A stretch of 48,578 bases of DNA from Elusimicrobiota bacterium (GCA_046153645.1 JBJXGI010000101.1:1-48578); one strand, 5' to 3'; positions 31,283-42,419 are shown, counted from the first letter of the stretch. Program-made: numbers and translations. Notes: a model not told the origin generated them from the sequence alone.

Positions 31283-33970
31283 TTATTGTCCGTGGCACTT
31301 TTTATATTTTTTCCCACTCCCGCAAAAACAAGGATCATTTCGGCCAATTTTTTCTACACTCGGCATCGTTTTAGCAACCGAGCCCGACCCTTGATTGGGA
31401 AGTGGAACAACGCCGGAAGTACTCTCTTTTACATGAGATTCCGCTTGAGCTTGAGGAGAATGAACCAAAGTATGAGATAACTCTTCTTTTTCAGTGACCA
31501 TTTTTAGCACTGGTGCAGACTGAACTCTTGTTTCTTCAATGCTCGGTGAAATATGAAATATATATTCTAGGTAAGTATCTCTCACACGAATCATCATGCT
31601 CTCAAACAATCTAAAAGCCTCACGTTTAAACTCGATCAATGGATCTTTTTGGCCATAGGCTCGCAAGAAAATTCCTTTCCTCAATTGCTCAATATAAGTG
31701 AGATGTTCCACCCAAACATTATCTAGAATTGAAAGGAAAATGGCTTTTTGTATTCCAGAGAAATTTTCTTGGCCAAAAGCAGTTTTTCTCTCTTGAAAAG
31801 CAAGTGCCGTTAACTCAGAAACACGGTCTTCTAAATTTTCCTCATTTTTAATTTCGGAAATATCCACATTCAGTTCTACACCAAATGTGGTTGAAAGCCA
31901 GGCTTTTAATGTTTCGCTGTCCCATTTATCTGGATCAGAATTCTTAGGAGCCACTTGCAAAAGACGATCTTCGATGGCTTCTAAAATCATTTCTTTGGAC
32001 CTATCATCAATAGATGGGCTATCTAAAACAGCATTTCTTAAACGATATACAGCGGCCCGCTGCTGATTTACAACATTATCGTAATCTAAAACTTGTTTAC
32101 GAATATCAAAGTTCATGGCTTCGACTTTCTTTTGGGCATTTTCAACACCTTTGTTGATCCAAGGATGCTGGATATCTTCGCCTTCTTTCATACCGAGGGT
32201 TGCCATAATGGACGAAATTCTTTCAGACCCAAATAATCGCATGAGTTCATCTTCTAAAGATAAATAAAAACGCGAACTACCAGGATCCCCTTGTCGTCCC
32301 GTACGACCTCGAAGTTGATTATCTATTCGGCGAGATTCATGTCGCTCTGAACCCAAAACATGCAACCCTCCCAACCCTCGAATAACATCAGCTTCAACAA
32401 CGTCAGGTGGATTACCACCCAATAAAATATCTGTTCCACGACCAGCCATATTGGTTGCGATTGTCACTGATCCTTTGCGGCCCGCCTGTGCAATGATCTG
32501 AGCTTCTTGCTCATGATATTTAGCATTTAATACTTTATGGGGAACGCCTTTGCGCCTTAACATCGCCCCCAATGATTCTGATTTTTCAATTGAACGAGTC
32601 CCAACAAGAACAGGTTGTCCTTTTCTCCAAAGCTCTTCAATTTCAATAACTATGGCCTCAAACTTCTCACGCTCTGTTCGAAAAATTCGATCAGGAAAAT
32701 CTTTCCTAATATTGACTTTATTAGAGGGAATCGATACCACGTCTAACTTATAAATCTCCCAAAACTCATTGGCTTCCGTAAGGGCCGTTCCAGTCATACC
32801 AGAAAGTTTTTTAAACAACCTAAAGAAGTTTTGAAAGGTAATGGTGGCCAAGGTTTGATTTTCTTCTGCAATTTTCATGTGTTCCTTGGCTTCCACTGCT
32901 TGATGAAGCCCATCCGACCATCTTCGACCTGGCATTAATCGGCCAGTGAACTCATCAACAATAATCACTTCCCCTTCTTTCAACACGTAATGAACATCTT
33001 TTTTGAATAAATTATGTGCCCTTAACGCTGTCGTAATGTGGTGAACCCACTCATTTTCTAAATCGTCATATAAAGAAGGCACTTTGAGTAGCTGCTCGCA
33101 TTTCTGGATTCCCTCTTCCGTTAAAACAACAGTATGATTCTTCTCATCGACAATAAAATCAAACCCCGCGCCTAAGTCTTCCCCTTTTTGTTTTGCCTGG
33201 ATTTCTTCTTTTTCTGTAATAAAGCGGCCTTTTAAATGAGGAATAAGCTTATCAGCGGTATAATATCTTTGTGTGGCGGGATCACCTTGACCAGAAATAA
33301 TAAGCGGAGTTCTGGCTTCGTCAATGAGAATGGAGTCAACTTCATCTATGATGGCGAAATTAAAAGGACGCAAAGAGCGATCCTCTGCCCTTCGCACTAA
33401 ATTATCGCGTAAATAATCAAAACCCAATTCATTGTTTGTGATATAGGTGATATCGCAAGCATGCATTTGTTTATGTAAATGAATCGGCATATCATGCTGA
33501 ATAAATCCAACCGAGAGCCCTAAAAATTTATAAATAGGCCCCATCCATTCGCAGTCACGCTTAGCTAAGTAATCGTTGACTGTCACCACATGAACACTCT
33601 TACCTTCAATGGCATTCAAATAAGCAGCTAAAGTAGCGACCAACGTTTTTCCTTCACCGGTTTTCATTTCAGAAATTTTTCCTTGATGAAGGGAAATACC
33701 ACCTATCATTTGAACGTCAAAATGACGAAGGCCAATAGTCCGTTTAGATGCTTCTCTTACGACAGCAAAGGCTTCGGGTAAAATATCATCTAATGATTTT
33801 CCGCCCTTGAGTTGATCCCTAAATTCTTCAGTCTTATTTTTTAATTGTTCATCCGATAAACTTGAAAGCGTGGACTCATATGAGGCAATTTGAGCAACCA
33901 ACGGATTAATACTTTTCAAATAACGCTCGTTTCTTGTTCCCGCAAAAACTTTTAGAAGTGCAGATATCAT
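31283..33970 (-). CDS. secA: Preprotein translocase subunit SecA
   Basis: [39 protein letters not shown] tail [13 protein letters not shown]. Confidence 0.98.
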   Translation of the reverse strand: MISALLKVFAGTRNERYLKSINPLVAQIASYESTLSSLSDEQLKNKTEEFRDQLKGGKSLDDILPEAFAVVREASKRTIGLRHFDVQMIGGISLHQGKISEMKTGEGKTLVATLAAYLNAIEGKSVHVVTVNDYLAKRDCEWMGPIYKFLGLSVGFIQHDMPIHLHKQMHACDITYITNNELGFDYLRDNLVRRAEDRSLRPFNFAIIDEVDSILIDEARTPLIISGQGDPATQRYYTADKLIPHLKGRFITEKEEIQAKQKGEDLGAGFDFIVDEKNHTVVLTEEGIQKCEQLLKVPSLYDDLENEWVHHITTALRAHNLFKKDVHYVLKEGEVIIVDEFTGRLMPGRRWSDGLHQAVEAKEHMKIAEENQTLATITFQNFFRLFKKLSGMTGTALTEANEFWEIYKLDVVSIPSNKVNIRKDFPDRIFRTEREKFEAIVIEIEELWRKGQPVLVGTRSIEKSESLGAMLRRKGVPHKVLNAKYHEQEAQIIAQAGRKGSVTIATNMAGRGTDILLGGNPPDVVEADVIRGLGGLHVLGSERHESRRIDNQLRGRTGRQGDPGSSRFYLSLEDELMRLFGSERISSIMATLGMKEGEDIQHPWINKGVENAQKKVEAMNFDIRKQVLDYDNVVNQQRAAVYRLRNAVLDSPSIDDRSKEMILEAIEDRLLQVAPKNSDPDKWDSETLKAWLSTTFGVELNVDISEIKNEENLEDRVSELTALAFQERKTAFGQENFSGIQKAIFLSILDNVWVEHLTYIEQLRKGIFLRAYGQKDPLIEFKREAFRLFESMMIRVRDTYLEYIFHISPSIEETRVQSAPVLKMVTEKEELSHTLVHSPQAQAESHVKESTSGVVPLPNQGSGSVAKTMPSVEKIGRNDPCFCGSGKKYKKCHGQ

Positions 33971-33983
33971 TTATGTTTCCTTT

Positions 33984-36900
33984 TTATTCAATTGAAAAAT
34001 ATTTCGCATGAGGGTGATGAACAATAATCGCAGATGTTGATTGTTCGGGGTCTAATTGAAACTCTTCCGACAAACTAATCCCAATCTTTTGTGGCTCAAG
34101 GAGATCAAACATTTTTGTTTGATCTTCTAAATGAGGGCAAGCAGGATAACCAAAACTATAACGAGACCCATGATATTTTTGCTGAAATAATTCTCGGACA
34201 TTTTTACTATCTTGATCAGTAATATTCAATTCTTCTCGCATTCGTTTGTGCCAATACTCTGCCAGTGCCTCAGCGGTTTCCACGCTTAAACCATGTAAAT
34301 ATAAATAATCGGTATATTGATTGCTCTTATATATTTCCTGGATTCTCGGAGTTGCATCTTTTCCGATAGTAACAATCATCATACCGAGAACATCCATTTC
34401 ACCAGATTCCTTAGACTTAAAAAAATCTGAAATACAATAAAATGGTTCTTTCACCTGACGAGGGAATTTGAACCTTGTTCTCTCAGTTTTAAAATCATCG
34501 TGATAAACAATCAAATCATTTCCTTCTGATTGAACAGGGAAATAACCGTAAACAACCTGACAATTAAAAATACCTTCCCGAGATGAATATTGTTTCCATT
34601 TTTCATAAAGCGGATATACTTTCTCAGACATCATTTGATTATATTCTTCAAGAGTGGTTTCTCTCACTCTTTTAAAGCCCCAACGAACCTTTAATAAAGC
34701 CGTTTCATTTATATAAGGAAAAACCTCTTTTAAATCTATCCCGCGAATGACCCTCGCGCCCCAAAATGGCGGTTTGGGAATAGGAACATTTGCCACGATT
34801 AAAGATTTTTTTACCGTTATTATGTTGCCCTTAGTTTCCTCTTCATCTTTCATAGCTCGAGTAGGAACAAGAGGTTTCGGAATATTATTTGAATCATAGA
34901 CCCCAGTCAGTTTTTTTTCTGTTTGAGGGTTATTCAACTCATCCATTATTCTCAAACCCGAAAACGCGTCATGCGCATAAAAAACTTTCCCTTTATAGAG
35001 ATGACGCAAATCAATTTCAACAAATTTTCTGGTTAAAGCCGCCCCACCCAAAACAACGTCATAATTAATATTCCTTCGGTTCATTTCTTCAAGATTATCT
35101 TTCATAACCGCCGTTGACTTAACCAAAAGACCCGACATTCCAATAATGGCGGGTTGGTGCTCCTCAGCTGCTTTTAAAATGACATCAATGGGTTGTTTAA
35201 TTCCAAGATTGACAACTTTGTATCCGTTGTTGGATAAAATAATATCAACAAGGTTTTTCCCAATATCATGAACATCACCTTTCACTGTGGCCAATACCAT
35301 GGTTCCTTTGGTGGTAGCCCCCCCCACTTTTGGGATATGAGGCTCAAGATATTTAACTGCCGCTTTCATCGTTTCAGCGGATTGCAACACAAAAGGCAAT
35401 TGAATTTGGCCTGCTCCAAATAATTCACCAACAACTCTCATTCCATCTAAAAGAATGGTATTAATAATTTCTAAAGCAGAATATTTTCCAAGCGCTTCTT
35501 CTAACACTTTCTCAATGTGTTGTTTATTTCCATCAATAATCCGCTGTTTTAGGTTTTCCTCTACCGTCTTTGGTTCGACCTTTTTAGAAACAGATGTTTC
35601 ATCTTTCGCACCGGCGTAATAAGCCATAAACTCTTTGAGAGGATCAAAAACACAGGTTCCATCAGAAGAAAATTTTCTTTCATCAAAAACCAATTGTCGA
35701 GCTAATTCGCGTCCTTTTTCTTCAATTTTAAAAAGAGGCATGATCTTTTTAGCATTAACGATAGCCGAATCTAAACCGGCTTCAATGGCGTAATGAAGAA
35801 ATACACTGTTTAATACGGCTCTTGAATGAGCCTCCAACCCAAAAGAAATATTGCTCACACCTAAAGTGGTAAATACACCTGGAAGTTCTTTTTTAATCCT
35901 TCGAATGGCTTCAATGGTTTCAATTCCGGCCTTACGAAATTCTTCGTCACCACTGCCCAAAGTAAAAGTTAAAGCATCAAATATAAGATCTTCAGGTTTT
36001 AAACCAAACTTATTGACAGCTAAATCATGAATCCTTTTGGCAATAGAAACTTTTTTATCAACTGTTTTGGCCATCCCTTCTTCATCAATTGTAAGAGCAA
36101 CAACGGCTGCTCCATAAGTCTTTAGCATCGGGCAAATTTTATCCATGCGTTCTTCGCCGTCTTCTAAATTAATAGAGTTAACAACAGATTTTCCACCATA
36201 GAGTTTTAATGCGGCCTCAATCGCTGGCGCTTCGGTTGAATCAATCATAAGAGGGACACGGGTTTGAAGCGCAAATCTTTTTACCGTTTCAGTCATATCA
36301 CGAACTTCATCTCGTCCCACATAAGCCGTGCACACATCTAAAATATGAGCCCCTTCGGCTTCCTGCTCTTTGGCCACGTTCACCATTGAATCAAAATCTT
36401 CTGCAAGCAAAAGATCCCGAAACATCTTTGATCCATTGGCATTTGTTCGCTCGCCGATAATAGTGGGTGGTGGTTCTTGGCGAATATTATTGGTCATATA
36501 AAGAGAAGCCGCGGTAGCCATCTTTTTTATATTTCTCGTTTGTGGAATCAGTTTAGAAACTTGTGCGACAACTTCTTTTAAATGCTCAGGCGTTGTACCA
36601 CAACATCCTCCCACAACATTGACTCCATGTAATTGGATAAATTCAACAAGATGTGTCGCTAAATCCTGAGGGGTCAACTTATAAACCGCTTTTCCTCCAA
36701 CATTTTCAGGAAGCCCCGCATTTGGAAGAACCGAAATATAACGATCTGTTAGTTGCCCCAAAGTACGAACATGTTCGCTCATTTCTCTGGGACCAGTAGC
36801 GCAATTAAGTCCGATTGTATCAACGGGAAAACATTCCAAAACAGAAATGGCAGTGGCCATATCGCTACCCACCAACATGGTCCCTGTTGATTCAATGGTC

Positions 36901-37472
36901 ACTTGTATATTCAATGGTACTTGAATTTTCAGTTTTTTCTGCGCATCAAGCGCCCCATTAATAGCGGCCTTTACTTGTAATAAATCTTGACAGGTTTCAA
37001 TGAGCAAAAGGTCAGCTCCACCCAGCAATAAGCCTTCACATTGTTCAGCATAACTAAAACGTAACGAATCAAAATCGATGTGTCCAAGGGAAGGAAGTTT
37101 GGTCCCAGGTCCAATGGAACCTGCAACATACCGAGGTTTATCAGGCGTAGAAAATTGACGAGCTATATCTTTGGCAATTTGAGCAGCTGTTTTATTGTAT
37201 TCAATTACTTTATCGGATAGATCAAATTCGGACAAGACAATGCGGTTAGCACCAAATGAATTGGTTTCAACAATATCACACCCTGCTTTAAAAAATGACG
37301 CATGAACTTCTTTTAACCAATCAGGCCTAGAAAAACACAAAACCTCTGTACAGCCTTCTTTCCCTTGATAATCATCAACGGTGGGGTTGAATCGTTGAAG
37401 ATTTGTCCCCATTGCGCCATCAAAAACAAAAATGCGTTCTTTTAAAATACGTTGATATTCTTTTATTTCCAT
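33984..37472 (-). CDS. metH: Cobalamin-dependent methionine synthase
   Basis: DGAMGT, LNCATGP, GGCCGTTP, IGERTNANGS, B12 motif DVHDIG, activation domain RYSFGYPACP. Confidence 0.97.
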   Translation of the reverse strand: MEIKEYQRILKERIFVFDGAMGTNLQRFNPTVDDYQGKEGCTEVLCFSRPDWLKEVHASFFKAGCDIVETNSFGANRIVLSEFDLSDKVIEYNKTAAQIAKDIARQFSTPDKPRYVAGSIGPGTKLPSLGHIDFDSLRFSYAEQCEGLLLGGADLLLIETCQDLLQVKAAINGALDAQKKLKIQVPLNIQVTIESTGTMLVGSDMATAISVLECFPVDTIGLNCATGPREMSEHVRTLGQLTDRYISVLPNAGLPENVGGKAVYKLTPQDLATHLVEFIQLHGVNVVGGCCGTTPEHLKEVVAQVSKLIPQTRNIKKMATAASLYMTNNIRQEPPPTIIGERTNANGSKMFRDLLLAEDFDSMVNVAKEQEAEGAHILDVCTAYVGRDEVRDMTETVKRFALQTRVPLMIDSTEAPAIEAALKLYGGKSVVNSINLEDGEERMDKICPMLKTYGAAVVALTIDEEGMAKTVDKKVSIAKRIHDLAVNKFGLKPEDLIFDALTFTLGSGDEEFRKAGIETIEAIRRIKKELPGVFTTLGVSNISFGLEAHSRAVLNSVFLHYAIEAGLDSAIVNAKKIMPLFKIEEKGRELARQLVFDERKFSSDGTCVFDPLKEFMAYYAGAKDETSVSKKVEPKTVEENLKQRIIDGNKQHIEKVLEEALGKYSALEIINTILLDGMRVVGELFGAGQIQLPFVLQSAETMKAAVKYLEPHIPKVGGATTKGTMVLATVKGDVHDIGKNLVDIILSNNGYKVVNLGIKQPIDVILKAAEEHQPAIIGMSGLLVKSTAVMKDNLEEMNRRNINYDVVLGGAALTRKFVEIDLRHLYKGKVFYAHDAFSGLRIMDELNNPQTEKKLTGVYDSNNIPKPLVPTRAMKDEEETKGNIITVKKSLIVANVPIPKPPFWGARVIRGIDLKEVFPYINETALLKVRWGFKRVRETTLEEYNQMMSEKVYPLYEKWKQYSSREGIFNCQVVYGYFPVQSEGNDLIVYHDDFKTERTRFKFPRQVKEPFYCISDFFKSKESGEMDVLGMMIVTIGKDATPRIQEIYKSNQYTDYLYLHGLSVETAEALAEYWHKRMREELNITDQDSKNVRELFQQKYHGSRYSFGYPACPHLEDQTKMFDLLEPQKIGISLSEEFQLDPEQSTSAIIVHHPHAKYFSIE

Positions 37473-37491
37473 TTGAGAGCTGAATATTACG

Positions 37492-37513
37492 AAAAAAAAC
37501 GGCTTTACGCCGC
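37492..37513 (-). terminator. Rho-independent terminator GCGGC-GTAAA-GCCG(T)8
   Basis: GC stem followed by a T-run just after the stop of 37518..37895. Confidence 0.7.
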
Positions 37514-37517
37514 TAGT

Positions 37518-37895
37518 TTAAACAGCTGGTTTTGATTCGAGGCAGGAGATTCGTTTTTCATGATCTTGAATAATAGGATCTATTTCATTAAATCGATGAT
37601 CGTGAAAATAGGCTTTTTTAAGATAAACATCAAATTGCTTGGCATATCCATCGATTTGATTACTTAACATTCGAATATCATCTTTTGTCGCCATTCGTTC
37701 TTCGACAGAATCGAGTCGATGCTCAATTCTCACAATGGCTAAAGCCAAATTGTTTGTTTTAGAGTCGAATTTTTCATCAATTTGATTAAGCTTCTGGTCC
37801 ATCTGTTCAAATTTTTGACCAAATTCACTGCGTAACTCTTTAATCTCTTTTTTGAATTCCGACTTAGTAATATTTTTTTCTGAGTTATTTTTCAT
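37518..37895 (-). CDS. Hypothetical coiled-coil protein (ATKDDI motif)
   Basis: Heptad pattern, MATKDDIRML, HEKRISCLE; SD GAGG; own promoter and terminator. Confidence 0.75.
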   Translation of the reverse strand: MKNNSEKNITKSEFKKEIKELRSEFGQKFEQMDQKLNQIDEKFDSKTNNLALAIVRIEHRLDSVEERMATKDDIRMLSNQIDGYAKQFDVYLKKAYFHDHRFNEIDPIIQDHEKRISCLESKPAV

Positions 37896-37931
37896 ATAAA
37901 CCTCACATGTTGGATATGGAGGGGGAGCGCT

Positions 37932-37962
37932 ATTATAACCTACGCACTTGATACCTTGGCAA
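37932..37962 (-). promoter_or_regulatory. Sigma70-like promoter TTGCCA-N19-TATAAT
   Basis: Near-consensus hexamers with a long 19-bp spacer. Confidence 0.5.
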
Positions 37963-37971
37963 GGATTAATT

Positions 37972-38496
37972 TTATGGCTGATTTATCTTTAAAATAGCTT
38001 CATTGGCATCAGCGACCAAGGAACTTTGTGGATATTTGGTTATGAAATTTTCAAACAATAACTTAGCGGAACCATCACCTTGAATAGACATGTCGACAGC
38101 TTTTTCAAAATCATCCATTTCATTTTGGGAGACAACGCTCTCAGAAGTTTTCCCTTTCCAATAAAGTGGCGGCGCATCTTCGATTTCAGCACCTCTAACG
38201 GCACCAACGGCAACAATCTTATTGTTTTTAGCTTTATTCCGTGCAATTTTATTTTTTAATTCCATGAGCCAAGAACTCATTCCACTTTTTTTTGATTGAT
38301 CATTCACCGTATTGCCAACAGGAGCGACCTCAGAAGTGACCGGTTTGGAAATATTAATCGATGATTTTTTCTTTTTCATTTTATTCATTTTCTTATATTT
38401 ACTTTTAACCACTGAGCTTTGTTCACCAGACATAAGAATTTCGGTGCCACCCACAAAAAGTGTCAAAATCAGAAATGCAGAAATTTTCTTTTTCAT
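37972..38496 (-). CDS. Secreted hypothetical protein with Lys-rich N-terminus and C-terminal TPR-like helix pair
   Basis: Start trimmed to ATG 38496 (SD AAAGGAG); signal peptide MKKKISAFLILTLF; AVGAVRG motif; FENFITKYPQSSLVADA. Confidence 0.75.
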   Translation of the reverse strand: MKKKISAFLILTLFVGGTEILMSGEQSSVVKSKYKKMNKMKKKKSSINISKPVTSEVAPVGNTVNDQSKKSGMSSWLMELKNKIARNKAKNNKIVAVGAVRGAEIEDAPPLYWKGKTSESVVSQNEMDDFEKAVDMSIQGDGSAKLLFENFITKYPQSSLVADANEAILKINQP

Positions 38497-38506
38497 AGAT
38501 TCTCCT

Positions 38507-41500
38507 TTAGGGTAATAATTCAGATGGCAAATCAGAGACAAATTCTTTCCAAGATGGGTGAATTTCTTTTGCCTGAGAGAGAATTCTTTTACAATCATCA
38601 CCTTTTCCAAGTTTATAGAAACTCCTGGCGTGATTTAACATAATTCCCCCATCTTGAGGTGTCACCGATAGAGATTGCGAATAAAATGAATTGGCTTCTG
38701 CATATTTACCATCTAAATAAGATAAATTCCCAAGATTATTTAGAGCCGCTGACTTCACCTCAGGTATATTTGTGTTTTTAAGAGATTCAAAAATTTTCTT
38801 CGCATCTAAAATTTTTCCACCTTCAACATGAACCATCCCCATCTGAATATCGAGCATCTTATTTTGAGGATGAGCCGCCATTAATTGCTTTAACTGTTCA
38901 ATCTGATAACTGTATTTCTCGGATTGAATTTTATTCATAAAGGTTTCAAAAGGAAGGCGAACAGCACTTTCTGGAAAATCAATATTATGATTAAAAGGTT
39001 CTAGTAATGTAATGGGCTCATACTTTTGAGAGGCTTCTGAAAACCGAACGAATTCCACCTGATTTTTTTCCATTCCCGCTTTCACTTCCAACAAAGCTGT
39101 TTGCCAAGCTTGTTGGAATCCTTTTCCTAATTGAGTTGTTTCTATAGGAACCCAAAAACTTCCGGCATATTCAATAAATTTTTCTTTTGGAAGACCTATC
39201 ATTTCAGGGTTATTTTCCTCAAGGTTAACCATAAGGAAAATATGCCCAGGGGTATCAACAAAAGCTGTTTCAACTCCAATACTCTCTAACAAAGCAGATA
39301 AAAGAGCGGTGGTATCATCACAATCGCCTGTTTTTCTTTTAAGCGTTTCTCTAGGATATTGCACAAAATCAAGTGCATCTTTTTTAGATGAAATTTCAGA
39401 ATATGGTGTGGATGGGTCTGACACATAAGAAATACCAATCGCGTTTAATGTTTCAAACATCAAGGCCGCTTTCGCCAATGGTTTGGTGACAGTCGAAGCT
39501 TTTAATGGAACCAAAAATGCTTTTATGGCTTGTCTTGCTAAATCAACAACCGGAACATCTCGCGGAGTAACAAATGAAGCCAATCGAGATTTTTCATCCC
39601 AAGAAATAGCGTTCCTCGAATAAAGTTCAACCGGTGCGTTTTGTGTCACACTTTTTTCAATGTTATCTTCATAATAAGATAGTCGAACATCCACTTGAAC
39701 TGGCGTATTTTCTGTTAACTCCAAAACTTGATTATTCAAAGTTATGGGCACTGGAATTTGTTTTTTCTCTCCGGCCAACAATTCAGGAATAATTATTTCA
39801 GTAGAAAAATCGGTATATTTTTTCATTGAAAGGGATATTTTTACATTTCTAAAAAATTTCTCGTCATTATTTTGGATTTCAATCATCCCAATTGGTTTTT
39901 TAGAGTATGTTTTGTAGGAAGCCGTAAAAATAGGCTTAAACTCAGATTTTTCAATGGCAATTAATGAAAGATCTCTCTTTTTAGAAGGTCTCATTGATCT
40001 TGAAACAGACCAAGTGCCTTCTTGGCCTTGAGAATTGATACCAACAACCGCATAACGGTAATTCAGATTTGATCGGACATGAGAGTCGAGATAAGGGCTT
40101 GATGTAACAGAAGAACGATATGAAAAATCAGAATTATTCGAACTCACATAAATCTTATAAGAAACCGCCTCAGGACTATTTAACCACTGAACACTGAGAT
40201 CCCCCTGTTGGTCAATAACATCTATGTCAGAAATCTTTCTTGGAATCAATGAAACCTCATAAATATTAATTTTCTTTTCATCAGCAACAAATAATTTTCC
40301 CTCAGGACCACAAGCAATAAAATGACCAGAGGCAGTAAAATCGCAAAGGAATTGTCCCATCGCATTGTAAATGCGAACTTTTTTATCTTGCGAATCAAGA
40401 ACGAAAAAACGACCGCCGAAGTCCTTAGCGAGTGATTGAGGGTTTTGCCCTGCTTTGACTTCAAAAGAAAATTTTCCTTTATGATCGAAAAAAAGAACAA
40501 CTTTCCTTTCCGAATCTAAAACCGCGATATAATTTTGATTGGACACCAATCCATTAATAGACAAAAATTGACCTTCTAGTTTCCCTTGTTTTCCCAACGT
40601 AAATTGGAATAAACCATTTTGACCTAAAACTTGAATACGTGAATTGCCTTTATCTACAACAACAATACTTTTATCCTCACGAAGACTGAAAAAAGACGGG
40701 TTTTTCAAACTACCCTCTTTTTTACCTTTTTTCCCAATAGACAAATCAACCCCTTCAAGCTCAGACAATCTTTTTATTGAATCTTCATTTTGATCTGATA
40801 ACCAAATTTTTCCATCAGCATCTTGGAAGACAGAAGTAACATCTTGAAAAATAACCTTCTTTTTTTCTTTACCCTTTATCGATTTAGTTAACTTTCCTTC
40901 TGCTGAATAGAAATCAAGAGAATTTTTGTCTTTATTATTAATGAGGAGTGATCCATTTGAAAGTGCCCATGCGAAATCAAGACGTAAATCCCAGGATCCA
41001 ACGTTTTTCACCTGGACATAGGAGGCCGGACCTAAAAAAAGTCCCTCTCCTTTATCGCGGTTTTCTATTTGAAAAAATTGAAAGCGGTGATTTCCTTTTT
41101 CAAGAACCGCCAATCTTTGTTCATCAAGGAAAACCAATCCATCTGGCCCTCCCAACTGACCTGGTGCTTTTCCCTTGGTCCCAAATGTCCCCGTAACAAC
41201 CCCTTGATTATTTACTTCTTTCCATCTGCCTTTAGATGTTGATACATAAGCGAAACCATAATCATTTACTGTAAAACGTTGGGCATCATCCAGGCCTTCC
41301 GTTACTCCCAGCCATTTTCGTTCAGAGGAAAAACGGTGTAACTTTCCTTGGTTACCATCCAACACCCACAACACTCCATCTTTTGAAAAAGTCAAATCAT
41401 TTGCTGAAACCAGCGGATTTTTTTGCGGAGAAGTTAAACGAGCCAATAAAATGCCATCAAACGAGTAAAAATCAACATAATTTTTTCCGTTAAAACCAAC

Positions 41501-41938
41501 GGCTAAAACGTTATCTCGACTCACCGCCACACACGAAACGTTTTCCGCAGGAATAACATTTGAAATCGTAGGTTTTGATTTTTTAGCACCACTTCTCATT
41601 AAAAAAACAACCCTATTTTTCCCTGGATCGGCGACAACGATTTGGTTATCAGCGGTAAAATCAAAATCAACTGGGTTTGAAAATAAAAAATCATCTTTTT
41701 TTCCAGAAATAATATTGGTTTTAATTTTTCCATCCTCGGTTATTTGCTGGAGTGCTGGAATAGACTGATTGATTGTCCAAATTTCATTATTGGGAGATAG
41801 AACCAAATTGGATGGTTCCATTTTTTTATCAACGAGTGGAACAACTTTTTCAACCTTTACTTCATCGTAACTATGGACGGACCCAGAAAGGAATAAAATA
41901 AAAAACAGATTCGCTCCAACTATTTGCGTCAGTTTCAT
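38507..41938 (-). CDS. Secreted NHL-repeat / FN3 / transglutaminase-like / TPR multidomain protein
   Basis: Signal peptide; NHL repeats (FGTKGKAPGQLGGPDG, VADPGKNRV, VVDKGNSRIQ); FN3 (VQW...YKIY...YRYAVVGIN); QYPRETLKRKTGDCDD..GHIF; TPR ALNNLGNLSYLDGKYAEA. Confidence 0.8.
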   Translation of the reverse strand: MKLTQIVGANLFFILFLSGSVHSYDEVKVEKVVPLVDKKMEPSNLVLSPNNEIWTINQSIPALQQITEDGKIKTNIISGKKDDFLFSNPVDFDFTADNQIVVADPGKNRVVFLMRSGAKKSKPTISNVIPAENVSCVAVSRDNVLAVGFNGKNYVDFYSFDGILLARLTSPQKNPLVSANDLTFSKDGVLWVLDGNQGKLHRFSSERKWLGVTEGLDDAQRFTVNDYGFAYVSTSKGRWKEVNNQGVVTGTFGTKGKAPGQLGGPDGLVFLDEQRLAVLEKGNHRFQFFQIENRDKGEGLFLGPASYVQVKNVGSWDLRLDFAWALSNGSLLINNKDKNSLDFYSAEGKLTKSIKGKEKKKVIFQDVTSVFQDADGKIWLSDQNEDSIKRLSELEGVDLSIGKKGKKEGSLKNPSFFSLREDKSIVVVDKGNSRIQVLGQNGLFQFTLGKQGKLEGQFLSINGLVSNQNYIAVLDSERKVVLFFDHKGKFSFEVKAGQNPQSLAKDFGGRFFVLDSQDKKVRIYNAMGQFLCDFTASGHFIACGPEGKLFVADEKKINIYEVSLIPRKISDIDVIDQQGDLSVQWLNSPEAVSYKIYVSSNNSDFSYRSSVTSSPYLDSHVRSNLNYRYAVVGINSQGQEGTWSVSRSMRPSKKRDLSLIAIEKSEFKPIFTASYKTYSKKPIGMIEIQNNDEKFFRNVKISLSMKKYTDFSTEIIIPELLAGEKKQIPVPITLNNQVLELTENTPVQVDVRLSYYEDNIEKSVTQNAPVELYSRNAISWDEKSRLASFVTPRDVPVVDLARQAIKAFLVPLKASTVTKPLAKAALMFETLNAIGISYVSDPSTPYSEISSKKDALDFVQYPRETLKRKTGDCDDTTALLSALLESIGVETAFVDTPGHIFLMVNLEENNPEMIGLPKEKFIEYAGSFWVPIETTQLGKGFQQAWQTALLEVKAGMEKNQVEFVRFSEASQKYEPITLLEPFNHNIDFPESAVRLPFETFMNKIQSEKYSYQIEQLKQLMAAHPQNKMLDIQMGMVHVEGGKILDAKKIFESLKNTNIPEVKSAALNNLGNLSYLDGKYAEANSFYSQSLSVTPQDGGIMLNHARSFYKLGKGDDCKRILSQAKEIHPSWKEFVSDLPSELLP

Positions 41939-42051
41939 GCGCCCACCTTTTAATGAAAACAGTCGTCAATATTCTTCCTTATAAATATTGCGGTAATTTT
42001 GATAAATAAACCAGGTCAAATTTAAAATAGGCGCGTGATTTAAGTTACATC

Positions 42052-42369
42052 TTAATTGAATAAAGCCTTAATAAAAGGGTCTTCTTTGGCTAATTCAGAA
42101 AAGTTAACGTCAGGCATTTTATAGAAATCTCTTAAGAACACTGTGTACATCACTTCATTGGCCACAAGTGCTAGAGGCTGGTGTCTGTCGGTTGTTATCA
42201 TTTCTTTAATCCAATCAATGTTTTTCATAACCCGAACATAGATGGAGAGCCATGCCAAACCATTGAAATTTAGATGACAAATAAATGACGTTAGTTTTTG
42301 AGGCGAATTTATGTGCAATTTGTCATCTTGTTTTTCGTCGATAATGAACAAATATTTGTGATAAGACAC
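42052..42369 (-). CDS. Hypothetical protein
   Basis: 105-aa ORF with GTG start filling the gap; no recognisable motif. Confidence 0.55.
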   Translation of the reverse strand: MSYHKYLFIIDEKQDDKLHINSPQKLTSFICHLNFNGLAWLSIYVRVMKNIDWIKEMITTDRHQPLALVANEVMYTVFLRDFYKMPDVNFSELAKEDPFIKALFN

Positions 42370-42419
42370 CGTTTCGATACCGGCATTATCTATAAAATAA
42401 CTAGAACGGTGGTGAGATC

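Noticed and set aside
37473..37517. SAM or cobalamin riboswitch before metH
   Set aside because: Only 45 bp are available and no aptamer consensus is visible.
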